A stretch of DNA of 62,771 nt, filler included, from Polymyxa betae A26-41 (taxonomy: Eukaryota; Protista; Endomyxa: Phytomyxea): NCBI GenBank assembly GCA_003693705.1. It is 4 parts of 4 records of this genome, joined end to end, with 100 filler letters (N's around TTAATTAATTAA, not from the genome) between each part and the next. Parts side by side here need not be neighbours in the genome. Positions count along the whole stretch, not along the records: positions 1 to 26,468 come from RBZT01000464.1; positions 26,569 to 40,940 come from RBZT01000685.1; 2 more parts are not named here. The stretch is one strand, 5' to 3'. Positions 25,375-37,199 of this stretch are shown in pieces. The notes beneath the pieces were generated by a model. That model had not been told where the DNA came from. It ran no database searches and saw only the letters and a list, made by a program, of their open reading frames with translations. Positions within the stretch are counted from its first letter, which is position 1. Every line of letters starts with the position of its first letter. The position numbers were made by a program, and so were the translations under genes.

Positions 25375-26468
25375 AGTAATTTCATGATTGTTGACATGAA
25401 ATATGCTGCCTGGTCAGAAACAAAAATTTTCGAGCTTCCAAAGTGAGAACGCCATTGCAGTAATGAATCTACTGTGGCATCACCATTGGGAATAATAACA
25501 GGTTTCAATAAAACCAAACCCGAAAAATCGTCTCTGATCACAAAAATCCATTGATAGTTTACCGAGCTCTTTAATTTAGGAGCTATATATAGGTAATCAA
25601 AATGTAAAACCTCATTTGGCTTTGTGCCATGGCAAGCTGCTCCCAAGGGCCGAGGAATCCAATTTCCTTTCCTAGTTGGAAGACAGTGTAGGCAAGAAGT
25701 GCAGACATGCTTAACATCCTGCTCCATTCCAATCCAATACACCCACTTTTGTAACAGAGATAATGTATTTTTTGTAGATAAATGGCCACAATGACATCCA
25801 GCATGTGCTATGATGCATAGGCGACAGATCAGATTCGTACTCTGCACTGGTATAATGACTCTTTGATGTGTGTCAACCATAAGTCCATCTGAGTTTTTAG
25901 CAAAACTGTCATGGAAAGGTGGAGACTCTGCTCCTGCATTATCTCAGATAGGTCTGGCCAGACTAAATTTTTACAAGGTTGCACACGAGTAAACGTGGGT
26001 ATTATTGTGACTGGATCGACAACAGGGTCGTCCCCTGATGTTTTTAATCGACTAACGTGGATGGTTGGGCTATCATTAGGAAGCCCTGCCCCCCAACGTG
26101 AAAGTAAATCAGCCCAAATATTGTTTTTACCTGGGATATGGTGGATTATATAATTAAATTCACGTAACTCAATACCCCAGCGAATCAATCTTTCAGCTGA
26201 TTGCTTTGTACATCGCATGGGATTATACATGGCGATAAGATTCTTATGGTCCGAAAATAAATGGAATGGCTGTTGCATATGTAATAAATATGTCAGCTTT
26301 TTTAGTATCTCTTATAGCAAAAGCTTCTTTATCCACTGTGGCCCAATTTAATTCAGAGCCATTAAATCGATGTCCGACAAAGCCTAACGGTTGATGATGC
26401 TGCTCTGAAATTGGGCAGTCAAGATCTTCAGGTGGAATCTGCGTCACAAGACCTGAACTTGCATAATA
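25375..26468 (-). mobile_element. Gypsy RNase H-integrase fragment
   Basis: WATVDKEAFAI, FSDHKNL, WADLLSRW, HAGCHCGH, CLHC, LHFDYL, FVSDQ. Same family as 46304-47530. Confidence 0.9.
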
Positions 26469-26568
26469 NNNNNNNNNNNNNNNNNNNNNNNNNNNNNNNN
26501 NNNNNNNNNNNNTTAATTAATTAANNNNNNNNNNNNNNNNNNNNNNNNNNNNNNNNNNNNNNNNNNNN
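26469..26568. other. Artificial contig linker
   Basis: N44-TTAATTAATTAA-N44 (stops in all six frames). Confidence 0.98.
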
Positions 26569-26646
26569 CAGGTACATGAGCTTCTTGTCACAGATCACCT
26601 GTGAGATATCGCATGTTGACATCGCTTACTTAACAGCGTGAAAGAC

Positions 26647-26720
26647 GTCTGAGTGGCGCAACTGGTCAGCGCGTTCGGCTGTTAACCGAGAGGTTGTGGG
26701 TTCGAGTCCCACCTTTGACG
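26647..26720 (+). tRNA. tRNA-Asn (GTT)
   Basis: Cloverleaf GTCTGAG..CTTTGAC, anticodon arm TTCGG-CTGTTAA-CCGAG, GTTCGAG T-loop, T7 terminator at 26725-26731. Confidence 0.95.
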
Positions 26721-26886
26721 TATGTTTTTTTCTTCACCCGAAAGGTCTGTGAGTTCGAACACTGGAAGTAACCTGGATGTTGCCAACGTCGTTAGATCAG
26801 AAATCCTGACATAATGTATTACATCTTGGTCTATCGCAATATCCTAAAATGGCTACAGCCATTAGGAGCATTATAAGGCACACGGT

Positions 26887-28941
26887 CTAGGATCTGACCG
26901 GCGAGAGACGTATAGACAATCCTCTTAGATCTTCGTGTAATGTGACATTTTGATGATCATTATAAAACAGTTCAATCATGTCCTCGTATGGGACTGACAA
27001 CCCTTTCGATAGAGCATCGCTGCGGATCTGTTCGCCCGTTTTCCTGCAGAGGCCGCCATTCGCCTTCACCCATTCCTGCGCCGATCTGGCAGTCCTCCAA
27101 GCGAACGGATACCCGTAAAGCAATGGTATTGTGGAGTCTACGTCAACGAGAATCTGAGGCGACAGAAATTTTGCTGGTGGTGATACAAACTCGAGTCCAT
27201 ATCGATTTTGCATACTTTGAATAAACGATTGAATATCAGCAGGAGCTCGTGTAAGACGAGTCCAATGGAACGCCGCAATTCCTGTTAGAAGATCTTGAAA
27301 TTTTTTGACGGCGTCGAAGAAGGCAAATTCATTCTGGATTTGAGAGATCTGAGCAACCGTTAGACCCGGATCCATACTTCGTAGAACTTCGGGGTCGTGT
27401 GCCCACATTTCATGAAGCTGCGATGGAAACTCAACCCAATCTAATGGACCATGAATAGCTGACAAAAGCGAATATTTCGGATTGGAGAAGATCATGTGCA
27501 GGGCATGACCGAACTCATGAAAAAGAGTGACAACCTATATGGCATTTTTCACCATCAAGCTCTACACAATACAATCTTCACTTACTTCAGTGAATGTAAC
27601 TCTGTCATGATTGGCAGGGATGCACATCATTATTATTGCAGCAGAACGTTCCAGTTTTAAATGATGCGATCTCTCCATTAAAGGAGCGGCGAAGTTCTCA
27701 TCATCCTTGAAGTGCCGGTTCTTCAGATCCAGGAATATCAGGCCCAGCTTCGAGCCATCTTCTTCGAGAAATTCAAAGACCCTGACGTCGGCATGGACTT
27801 TATGGATATCGGATCTTTCAACGACTTCCAGCCCGTATAGCTTCTTCGCAATGAAGAATATTCCGTTCCAGAGAACGTCCTCCAGCTTCCATCGCCTTGC
27901 ATTCAGAATCGACAACCTTGGAGTTACCTTATTCACATAGGCCTCCCAATTGAATTGCGAACTGCTAGGGGCAGGATAACCCAACTCTTGGTGAAACCGA
28001 GTTAAACCCTAAAACAGAATTGAATCAGTAAAAGAAAATGGCAAAATCGTTTGAATAATAAAACAATGATTTGTGAAGGTGTCCACCCCAATGCGTGATA
28101 AAACAAAGCAACAACAGGTTGAGGATGAAAACGTGCACTTACAATTGTGGTGAACATTTGGGACATTGAAACCAGCAGAGATTCGACTGCTTCGACAGAG
28201 CCAGCACATGTCTGAGCGATCTCGAAACTGGCCCAATCATCGTATGGCGATATCAGCTGAAATTGTTGTGTTCGAGCTACAATTAGCTGCTGTAGAAGGT
28301 TGGCTTTCTTGTTACGTTCCAGCTTTGGAGAATACGTTTGCAGAGCCTTTGAAATTTGTCTTCCAAAGCGGTGGAATTTCTCCAGATTGCTGTCATTCAA
28401 AGACGCACCGTTTCTTCTCAGCAATAATTCACAAGCCTTGGCGAATCGATGGTCTTCGTTTTCTTCAGGAAGCGTCTCAAGAACCGAGCGAACTCGCTGG
28501 TAAAGCTTTGCGTTCCTCATGATGGCCGAATTTAACAGCCGAGAATGTAGCAATGCTCTTGCTGTATCTGCAGCTCCCCAGACGTGAGCTGCGCATGCAT
28601 ATAGAGCAGTATAAAACTTATGTAATATGGCATCTAAAGGCAAGATTGTGTTCTCGAATGTTGCTGGGTCTGAGTTGGACGAGATCCTATCCATGCCGCT
28701 TTGCAGTTCATTAATCAAATTGTCACCATACGATTGCACGTTCCCAGCCTGCAGCATCGTTAGTTTTAATATATGAGATTACAGCATCATGTACTTGTAT
28801 GGTATAAAGCTCGGGAAGGTCATAATCTGGAGACTTTCTGCTAGACAGCGCGATCAGCAGAATGAGACCTGTAAGCATCAAGACGATACATGAAGGGATT
28901 GCCCAGCACCATAAGCGCTCTCGGATCCGACTTTGACTCAT
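26887..28941 (-). CDS. Family M3 zinc metallopeptidase (Dcp-like) with N-terminal membrane anchor; at least 3 introns
   Basis: After splicing intron 27535-27585: TFTE-VVTLFHEFGHALH (HEXXH), DWVEFPSQ, ATFENTI, GIFFIAKKLYG..DVRVFE. TM segment WAIPSCIVLMLTGLILLIAL. Confidence 0.9.
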
Positions 28942-29020
28942 ATGAAAGACCCTCAAGACCCTTAAGGCTTAAAGGCAAGCGGAGAGAGAGACAAGCAACT
29001 CTATAGGGGAACCCCATGCG

Positions 29021-29770
29021 CAGGCCTCATAAAAATAGTCAAATGACTAATTTAACTAATTTTCCGTAATTTAGTCATTATTTCGAAATGAAATCATCAA
29101 AACAGTCATTTGCCTTAAAATAGCCCTAATTTGTATTCAAATCAAAGTAAATAGGCCGGATATGGAAAGATATTGTGGAGATTTCATTTTGGAGCAACAT
29201 GTGTCGACACTGCAGAATGTTTTCCAATGAAGAGTCCGTCAGCGAGCGACGGAAGTCGTCATTATACCATTTAAGTAAAAAGAAATCAGGTTCTGCAGAT
29301 GCTGTACTTGGAAAAACCAGAAGCAAGACCGCCGGCTAATGCACAAAGGTCCGGATAATAGCTCAATCAATTCTCTGGGCGCATTTCTATAAATTCCAGG
29401 AGTTGTGGCAGCCTCTCGTTCCACTGAGCTGGCATTTAAATATCAATCGCGCTCAGATCGGACCTCTTGCAGAACAAACAGTTAATGTAATGATCATTTC
29501 AGCAACGTTCTAGAGAATCTTATCCAGTTTTTCTGGCTGCAATCCCCTAGGAAATTGATGGATAAGTTAACAGGCCTTGGCCGATTAAACTTCTTCGAGT
29601 ATCTGAAACCATGGCAATGAATGGTGTCTTCAGGGATACCGGCTGCAGTCCGCAACTCATAAAATTTGACAAACCTTTCTTCCAAAATTTCCGTAAATTA
29701 GTTACTTTTTCAAAGTGAAATTAGTCAAAATAGTCATCTATTTATAGATTGACTATTTTTATGAGGCCTG
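29021..29770 (-). mobile_element. hAT internal-deletion derivative
   Basis: TIR CAGGCCTCATAAAAATAGTC; 8-bp TSD CCCATGCG/CACATGCG. Remnant VFPSTASAEPDFFLLKW..LTDSSLENILQC matches the C-terminus of the hAT transposase at 41041-42866. Confidence 0.92.
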
Positions 29771-30264
29771 CACATGCGCAATGTTTTTTGAGTGCAGACA
29801 TTGACAGAATGTGAGCCTGTAGGAAAACCTTGAAGCATTATTGAGTCCTGATTTACAAAACGGCGGAGCAGGAAGAGATTACTACACCGTTTTTAAGAAT
29901 GCCCGCATTCTAGCTCCCTCTGATCATCATTCTTCACCGTGAAATGATCTATCTCAAGCTCTACCTGTTACGGCAAACGACCTAGTCCCCAGCATTCGTT
30001 CGTACAGGTTTATTCTTAATTATTCAACTTCCCTTCGATTCGAGAGCTCTCGACCAACGGTACTGGTCACTTCAACAATGGATAGTTGGGAGCTCAACAC
30101 TCGAATCAGGGATCGCTTCCAATACGGTTGAAGACAACCAGAATGTTTTCAAAACTACAACAAGCTTCATTCAAGGCAAAGGTCGAATGCTCGCATGCCC
30201 AATAAGTGAGCCTAATCCATCAATTCAACTTCAGGCACAATTTTCTTCTTCCATCATCAAGCCA

Positions 30265-30351
30265 GCCCGCGTAGCTCAATCGGTAGAGCGTGGGACTCTT
30301 ACAGATGTAGGGTTCATCCCAAGGCTGCGGGTTCGAGCCCCGCCGTGGGCT
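30265..30351 (+). tRNA. tRNA-Lys (CTT) with 14-nt intron (30302-30315)
   Basis: GCCCGCG/CGTGGGC acceptor stem, TGGGA/TCCCA anticodon stem, intron at canonical 37/38, T7 terminator at 30356-30362. Confidence 0.93.
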
Positions 30352-30616
30352 GAAATTTTTTTGATCGCTCCCCTTATTTTGATCCTCGATAGCGGGCAGT
30401 CGTTTTCAATTCGAATACTTTATTTCTACATATTGTGATATAACTTCTTGCATTCATTCTTTTACTATCGATCAAATTTGACCTTACTTCAAAAAATGCC
30501 TCAAATACGGTCATTGGTGAATTGTGAGCAATCAGCATATACAGATGCGAAGTGCTGGAAGAGTCCAAAGCGTCAGAACTAATTGCAACAAAAACAGTTT
30601 ATCAAATTGTTGAAGC

Positions 30617-31650
30617 TCAGCCCTCTGTCCCAGTAGTATCATCTATATCGAACAGCAATTCGTGAACAAAGCCACTGCTATCCCATACTGCTGTACTGTC
30701 CTGATTGTCTCTGTCTAAAGCGACTATATTCAGTAATTGCTCTTCTGCTTTCTGATCATCAACAACGTGATTTCCTTCATGTGATTGACATGTATGAACC
30801 TCGATCATATCGGTCTCCATTCTAAACTGGCTTCCCTGCAGTAAAACTACTGATTCTTGCATTGCATCATGTCTCGCTTTAACATCGATCTCGTGCATGT
30901 CTACATCAGCTTCGACATTCGTATGATCTGAATGATCGTCCTCAGCCGAGTAACCGTGGATCATTTCAGGCGAATGGAATGCGTCATGGGAGCATGATTT
31001 CGAGTCGTCTGAGTTTTTAACAAAGTAGTCTGGTTCTTCATTCTCGTCGTCTGGGTCTTCAGCAAAGTAGTCTGGTTCTTCATTCTCGTCGTCTGGGTCT
31101 TCAACAAAGTAGCCTGGTTCTTCATTCGAGTCGTCTGGCACTTCAATCGAGTCGTCTGGGTCTCCAATAAAGTACTCTGGTTCTCCATACGAGTCGGTTT
31201 CCGTTTCAAGTACCGTGTCTTCCGAATCTTCGTTATCCTCGTCAGTACTGGGCCATAGCAACTCGAGCTCCTCGCTCGACCAGTTTTCAAATTCCGGGTG
31301 CATCTGTCGTAATCGCAACTTTAGTGCCGCCAGATAGACTCGGTTCGCTTGATTCATCGTAACGCAACCATAATAGTAGAGAGGAGGCTATATTCAACTT
31401 ATTTTACAAAATCAAAAGCCAAACGACCGAACTTACTGGAGGCAGGAGACCATCGATTTGAATAGGATTTACTGGAGCCAGACGCGCCTTGTAAAAGTCG
31501 ATCCAGGTCCAAATTGTCACCGGATCTTCCAGATCGTTCATGAAGATTTTGGCGTCGTTCATGACCACATTGCGGTCTCGATGCTTCTGTTTCATTGGCA
31601 ACAACGGAAGCGAGAAGCCAGAAATAAAGGCTGCAAAATGCCAATGGCGA
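30617..31650 (-). CDS. Acidic low-complexity protein with 14-aa repeats (EEPDYFxEDPDDEN); 5' exon structure uncertain
   Basis: 246-aa ORF 30617-31357. Intron GTAAGT..TATAG (~31388-31436) links an upstream exon in frame. 42-bp repeats at ~31000-31190. Confidence 0.6.
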
Positions 31651-32189
31651 TGAAGATGCCGATGGCTTCCGTCACAAATCGGCAGGGATATCTCATTTGT
31701 CACTCCCGAGATAGGTGCCAGACAATTTGGTGACGGGCATCTCCCAGCCTGATGAAATCATTACGAAGGCGGGCTCCTAACATGATGGATGATGAACAGT
31801 GGCCGAATCGGAAGACGAGATATAACAGCTTTAGAATGGCTGGTTAACAGCCAGAGACGCCGCCGCTGGAGCTCGCTTAGAACCTCATAGTGACGAACCA
31901 TACACTCATACAGTGAATGATGCCATGCCACACGCACTCCATATTGAAGCATAGAGAAGAAAAAACACCATCTGATGCTATAATAGCAAGTTTGAATAAT
32001 GATCTCATACAGAATATTCAATCTTGGTGGCTTGCAAATAACGTCCTCTACGATATGGCATTCACCACATGTCTTCGAAATGGAATTGAGGCATCGAGCA
32101 TCGAATTGATAAAACAGTCTGACCAACGGTCGAAGACTGCAAAACAATTTAATTGGATTGACAAATGAATCTTAATCAATAAATAATGT

Positions 32190-33860
32190 TCAGGATTGAT
32201 TCTGCACGTTTGACTTCGGTGAAGTGATGTTCTGCGACAGAGCCAGCATGAGAGTGTCGCGAAGCGCGACGTCGTCGTATCGGCCGTCGAAATGCACGAG
32301 TCGAGCCCTAGAAACGAGCGCATACAACTCTGTCAAATCCTTCGTGTTTTTACTTCTTCTAGCGAAGAGAGCGACCCATTTCCGACAAGTCCCTAAGCGT
32401 CTTGAGATCTCGTAGAAGTCGCCACGTTTTCGAATGCTGTTCTTATCATCCAATCCGCAGAAATAGATCAGAGCCACAGTCATCAGAGTGACAGGCGACC
32501 TTTTGAGAGCTGCCTCAAAATAATCGGAGAGGTCCTGCTCGGAAACCTTCGAAATTATATCAAAATTGTTGATGACTTGAGAATCGAATAGCGCCAACTG
32601 CGTTTTTCGAAAGCGTTGCAAACGAAAACGTCGCGAGAAGGTCAAACGTTCCGGCTGAAAAGTCGCCAACCGTTTCGACAGCTCTTGATCGCAAATTTGC
32701 AGAATGCGCTCGCACTCCATTTTTGAAGCAATTGACGTGATATAGGCGATATTTGATATCGAAAATTTCCGGATCGCGACCAACTCGTACATCAGTTCGA
32801 GAAATTGCCGGAACATGGCCGATGGATGATCGGCAAGTTCGCCGAATCCGACAGAAGATACAGCGTCAGGTCTCGGAAGTTTCACAATAATATCGCGGCC
32901 ATTCCAGCTAGAATTCTGCAGCTGCTTCGTGTACAATTTCGAATCGAAAAACTTTCGAAAAGTTCCACATTCCTCTGATAGAATATTTCGATGAACAAAG
33001 AAAGCGTCCTTGTCGACAAGAAGGCGGAAATCGCTTCCGATCTCAACGTTGAATATTTTCACATCCGACTGTTGTTTCCTCGCATTACTTTTTAATTGCC
33101 CAACTAGTTCCGAGATCTTCTGCAGCTTAACGAAATCGGAGGCGGTCGTAGGTGGTCGCGAATTCTGATTCTGCCTGTTAGCCGTAGCGTTCTCGACGAC
33201 TTTTGCTGCAACTGCTTGAGCCGTAGTCTGAGCTGGTCGAGGCAGTTTCAAAGGGATCGTAGAGAGAGACGCAGGCACAGTTAAGCGTGAACGTCCCGTC
33301 CTTAGACCGTCCTGCTGAACTTTGAGGTCCATAATTAGCCGTAGAAGCAGGAATTGGTTACAGATGGCGTTATTGACGCCAAAATGAAATTGGCGCTGGA
33401 AGAGATAAATCTCGGACGCTGCTGGGATCTCGAACTGTCCCGTTCTCACTTCATGTAATAGAAAATACCTCGCGTTAAAGACGGCGATACCTGCCGACGA
33501 CTGCTTGAATACGACCAAATTGATTCTCAACAAAACAGCCAGCAGAACGACTTCGAAATTATCGCCTTCGACGCCCAACGTTCCCAGTTTTTTTTTCACA
33601 TATTCGTCAAAATTTACTTTCGAATTCTGAGAGAACAGAGTCATCAGCAGCTGAGCCAGCGGCCGACCAGCGCCGGTGGAGAATTCGAGAAGACCGGCGC
33701 GAAGTTTCTGGACTGTCATTCCGGGCAGCAGGCCGGAGTTCAGAACCGCCTGAAACAGCGAGTTGCCGTCAGGCGGGACCGACTCGACAGCGAACACGCG
33801 CGTCCCATAGCGGAACCGGGCGCCAGGAGCCACATCCGATGCCGCCGTCGCATGCTGCAT
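32190..33860 (-). CDS. Protein with N-terminal catalytically altered OTU-like domain and a BTB/POZ domain
   Basis: Intact 556-aa ORF. VPPDGNSLFQAV, EGDNFEVVLLA..INLVVF and NQF match the OTU pattern; SDFRLLV..FFVHRNILSEECGTFRKFF matches BTB. Confidence 0.8.
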   Translation of the reverse strand: MQHATAASDVAPGARFRYGTRVFAVESVPPDGNSLFQAVLNSGLLPGMTVQKLRAGLLEFSTGAGRPLAQLLMTLFSQNSKVNFDEYVKKKLGTLGVEGDNFEVVLLAVLLRINLVVFKQSSAGIAVFNARYFLLHEVRTGQFEIPAASEIYLFQRQFHFGVNNAICNQFLLLRLIMDLKVQQDGLRTGRSRLTVPASLSTIPLKLPRPAQTTAQAVAAKVVENATANRQNQNSRPPTTASDFVKLQKISELVGQLKSNARKQQSDVKIFNVEIGSDFRLLVDKDAFFVHRNILSEECGTFRKFFDSKLYTKQLQNSSWNGRDIIVKLPRPDAVSSVGFGELADHPSAMFRQFLELMYELVAIRKFSISNIAYITSIASKMECERILQICDQELSKRLATFQPERLTFSRRFRLQRFRKTQLALFDSQVINNFDIISKVSEQDLSDYFEAALKRSPVTLMTVALIYFCGLDDKNSIRKRGDFYEISRRLGTCRKWVALFARRSKNTKDLTELYALVSRARLVHFDGRYDDVALRDTLMLALSQNITSPKSNVQNQS

Positions 33861-34104
33861 TCTGCCTCACCGACTGACTAAGCAGATCATAGATCGATCC
33901 GACACAGAGTCGGGTGGGGCCTCTGCTCCCAGTTCCGGGCATACAGCGCACATTTTTTTTCAAACCAAAAGTGGTCGCGCCGTAGGCTTTATTTTTTTTC
34001 CTGGGACAGACGCACTTATTTTGTTTTGTTTTGAGGGGAAATTTACTCTGCTCTGTGACGTTCTAGTACGGAATGATGGTCCGTTTGCCCTGCTGGTCTA
34101 TAAA

Positions 34105-35757
34105 ATGTTGACGAAGGCGGCACGATATGGGACGACGGATGGGACCAGCTCGCGCGACGAACGCATCGACCGCCTCAAGATGCAGATCCGCAATCATATC
34201 CTGATGCTGAACGACGCCGCTGTCTTGAGTCGCGGTTCGTCGGATCGCGTTCGTCGAGCGGAAGCGATATCTGAATCGCTGCTCATTCAGCATGGTTCGA
34301 GATGGCCGAAAACGTGGTCGCCGTCGGGCGTTTCGCCACGATCGAGGCCGCTGCTCCGTTACAAATCGAGAAGAACGTTAATGATCAAGCTGGGAGGAAA
34401 CAGAACGGTAAACATTTTGATCTTTGAGTAGTCTTCAATCTTGAAATGATAAAACCTTTGGACCTTTCAGAAAAAGTTTGTGTTTCCAATTCTCCTACGA
34501 ATTGCTTTCGTTAGAAGTGTCGAACGAGTGTAAGGGTTTAGGGCTTGTCATATATAGGGACGCTCTGGGACCAGGAACGGGACGAAGTATCGATTCGGGT
34601 TCTGCTTGAAGAAGGCAAGCTGAACCTGAGTCTGCGAGTCCTTCAGCAATACATGCAGGTCTCTATGCGACCTGAACTGATCCAATCCGCAATCAAGGTA
34701 CCAAACCTTTACTACACGTTAACTTTACTCAACAAACAACGTGATTACATAGAAATTCTCTCTCGAAGCCGGTCTTCCCGATGCTAAAGTCATGAACGTG
34801 TATGTGACACTCGAATATTTTTGCCTTTTCCATCCAACACTCTTGACGCTTCCGTTCCGTGCTCCGGCATTGATCGTCTCGATGGCAGATGCCGCGAATT
34901 CGAGGTGGCGCTGGGCCAGCTGTTACGGGCGGCTCTTCGCCACGTCGAAGTCATGCAGATCCTCGATATCCCGTGTCTGGCCCAACACTGCCGGGACGTG
35001 ATCCAGCACGGCGTCAACAACGAGTCGTTGGGTCGGCTTGGGTAGGTCGTCGTGCCTATCATGACCGCTGTTTGACGAAGACTTCGTAGTGAACATCAGG
35101 AGGGCATGCAAAAGTCCACGGTCATCTATTACCTGAATAGTCTCGCTCAGCACATGGAACAGGTATCATCACGCTGACCTCATTTCTGGTCAGATTTCTT
35201 TTACATTTTTTGATGGGTTTGATCGCATTTTGTTGTGCTGATTGCGCTGTTTGTTCATGTTCCGTCTCTTTCTGGAAGAAATCGCTCTGATGCGGGCTGT
35301 GTTATAGTTGGACGAAGACCGGATCTTGGAGGTTCTCGATTCGCATCAGATCGTGCGTCTGGTTGCGGTCTACACCAGCAAGCAACACCAGGCGTACTTC
35401 TCCGCCGCTGATACGGCGGAGGCTGTCCAGTTCCTGGTCGCCGTTTTCAATTCGGAATCATTCACATCCAGTGCGGTTCGTAGTTCTGCATCAGATTTGT
35501 ATCTGCTGATACTGTCAATTAGGAGCGCTATCAAACTGATGACTTAATGAGAGCCCTGCTTGAGATTAAAGGTTCGCAATCGGTTCGTTCTGGACGATTT
35601 CGATGTTCTAATTGTTGTTGTGAATTCAGGCAGCGTTTTGGAGCCGGCATTGGCTACCGCGACGGATGCCGACTTTCGTCGCGATCTGCGCCGGTTGATG
35701 GATCGCATCAACGCATTTCAACGGCGAAACCGTTCATCTCTACCAACTTCGCAGTAA
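34105..35757 (+). CDS. Multi-exon hypothetical protein
   Basis: GC-rich exons separated by GT-AG introns (exons near 34105-34294, 34558-34697, 34900-35163, 35308-35475, 35630-35757). Exon boundaries approximate. Confidence 0.65.
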
Positions 35758-36152
35758 ATTTCAAACTAAATATAGATCAGCACGACTGGTTTCCTATTCC
35801 CTCTATCACTTCAGCCTCATATCCTAGAAATTGGGTTTTTGGCGAACCACCATACAGATCCAACTGCGATAACAAGTTCCTTATCTTTATATTCGAATAG
35901 ATTGTGGGCGTTCCTCAGCGTCGCAGCGAACTAAAATGGCGATTTAGAGGATCGTTTCGCTTGCCAATGCTCTCCTCCGTCTATGATCACGGACTGAACA
36001 TGGTGGCGGCCTTCGCCTTGCTGAAACCTGATTGGGTCTTGAACAATGCACTCTCCATCGTGATCGCCGGATCCGACTGCGGTCGTGCTGGCTCTTTCCG
36101 GAAACTGATCTCACGCACAGCCGGTGATGATTTCGCATCCTAATCGCCGCAG

Positions 36153-36945
36153 TCAGAAACGTAGATCCATATTGGTATCGTAAAACGGGAATGGTTCGGC
36201 GAATCGATCAGAAAACTCGTAGACCGTGGCGGCATCCGGTAACGTCAACATGGGGACGATATCGAGGTCTGACGGGAGCGGATGCAGCTGCGGGGACGGG
36301 ACGGCTGGGGCCCCACCCGCCACCACATCCGTGACGCTGCGACTGGGGCGGATCCCGCCGGAATCGGGCCTGCCGGAATCGGGCCCCCCGCAATCATTGG
36401 CCGGCAATGATCGATTCCGCCCAAGACCGACCATCTGGTTCGACATCATTGCGGCCGCACTGGGACCGGGCGCCCCAGGCTGCCTGTACGCCTTGATCCA
36501 ATCACTGAGCGTGCCGTCAGAGTCGGAAAGTATTCGCAATTCGTATTCCAGTCTATCTTTAATGGGATGATCAGCTTTATTGTGATAATTTACGCACAGT
36601 TTGCATCGACTAACTGAGAGATGATTCCCAGCAAGAAGAGCTCTGTGGGTGACGAACACGGTAGCGTCGGATTTTAGAAGGAGCAGGCTGGAGTAACATA
36701 ATCAGAGTCCCCTGTTGACAGTCCGACCCTAAACCCTCTGGGCGCAGCCTGATGGGGTGGACACCAGGTCGAAACAGCAGCTCAGTCCCAGACCTGACAA
36801 TATAGAATCTATGATAGATATACAAAAGCAAATCGATTGTTCTATCTTGATACCCGATGGATTCTCTCACTTTCCAATACTGTTCCTCGCACTCGCTGAA
36901 CGTCCCCAAAGCTGATCTTGCACAATCATTAGTGTCATCGATCAA
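36153..36945 (-). CDS. Hypothetical protein (probably multi-exon)
   Basis: 168-aa ORF with Cys/His cluster and Pro/Gly-rich tail, plus upstream ORF 36610-36945; no recognisable domain. Confidence 0.4.
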
Positions 36946-37199
36946 TCGTAGATGAGTTTGGCTGATGATGCGAGGATGATCGAATGGGTGGAATAGGGCA
37001 GTACGCCCTCTTATTGAACTATAATATACTATAGACTACCTGTTACATAAAGTTACATCAAGCTGAGGTCGCCATCAGATCATCTGACCAAAACTGACTC
37101 ATCCGATTGACCAAAAGCCCGTGAAAACTCCGATCGCGAAAATCCTTTCTGATTGCGAATTTGCGCAATCTGTATCCTCACGGGGTCATTCTCCCATCG

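Noticed and set aside
26469-26568. TTAATTAATTAA palindrome within N runs (also at 40941 and 56590)
   Set aside because: Identical artificial six-frame-stop linker; not biological.
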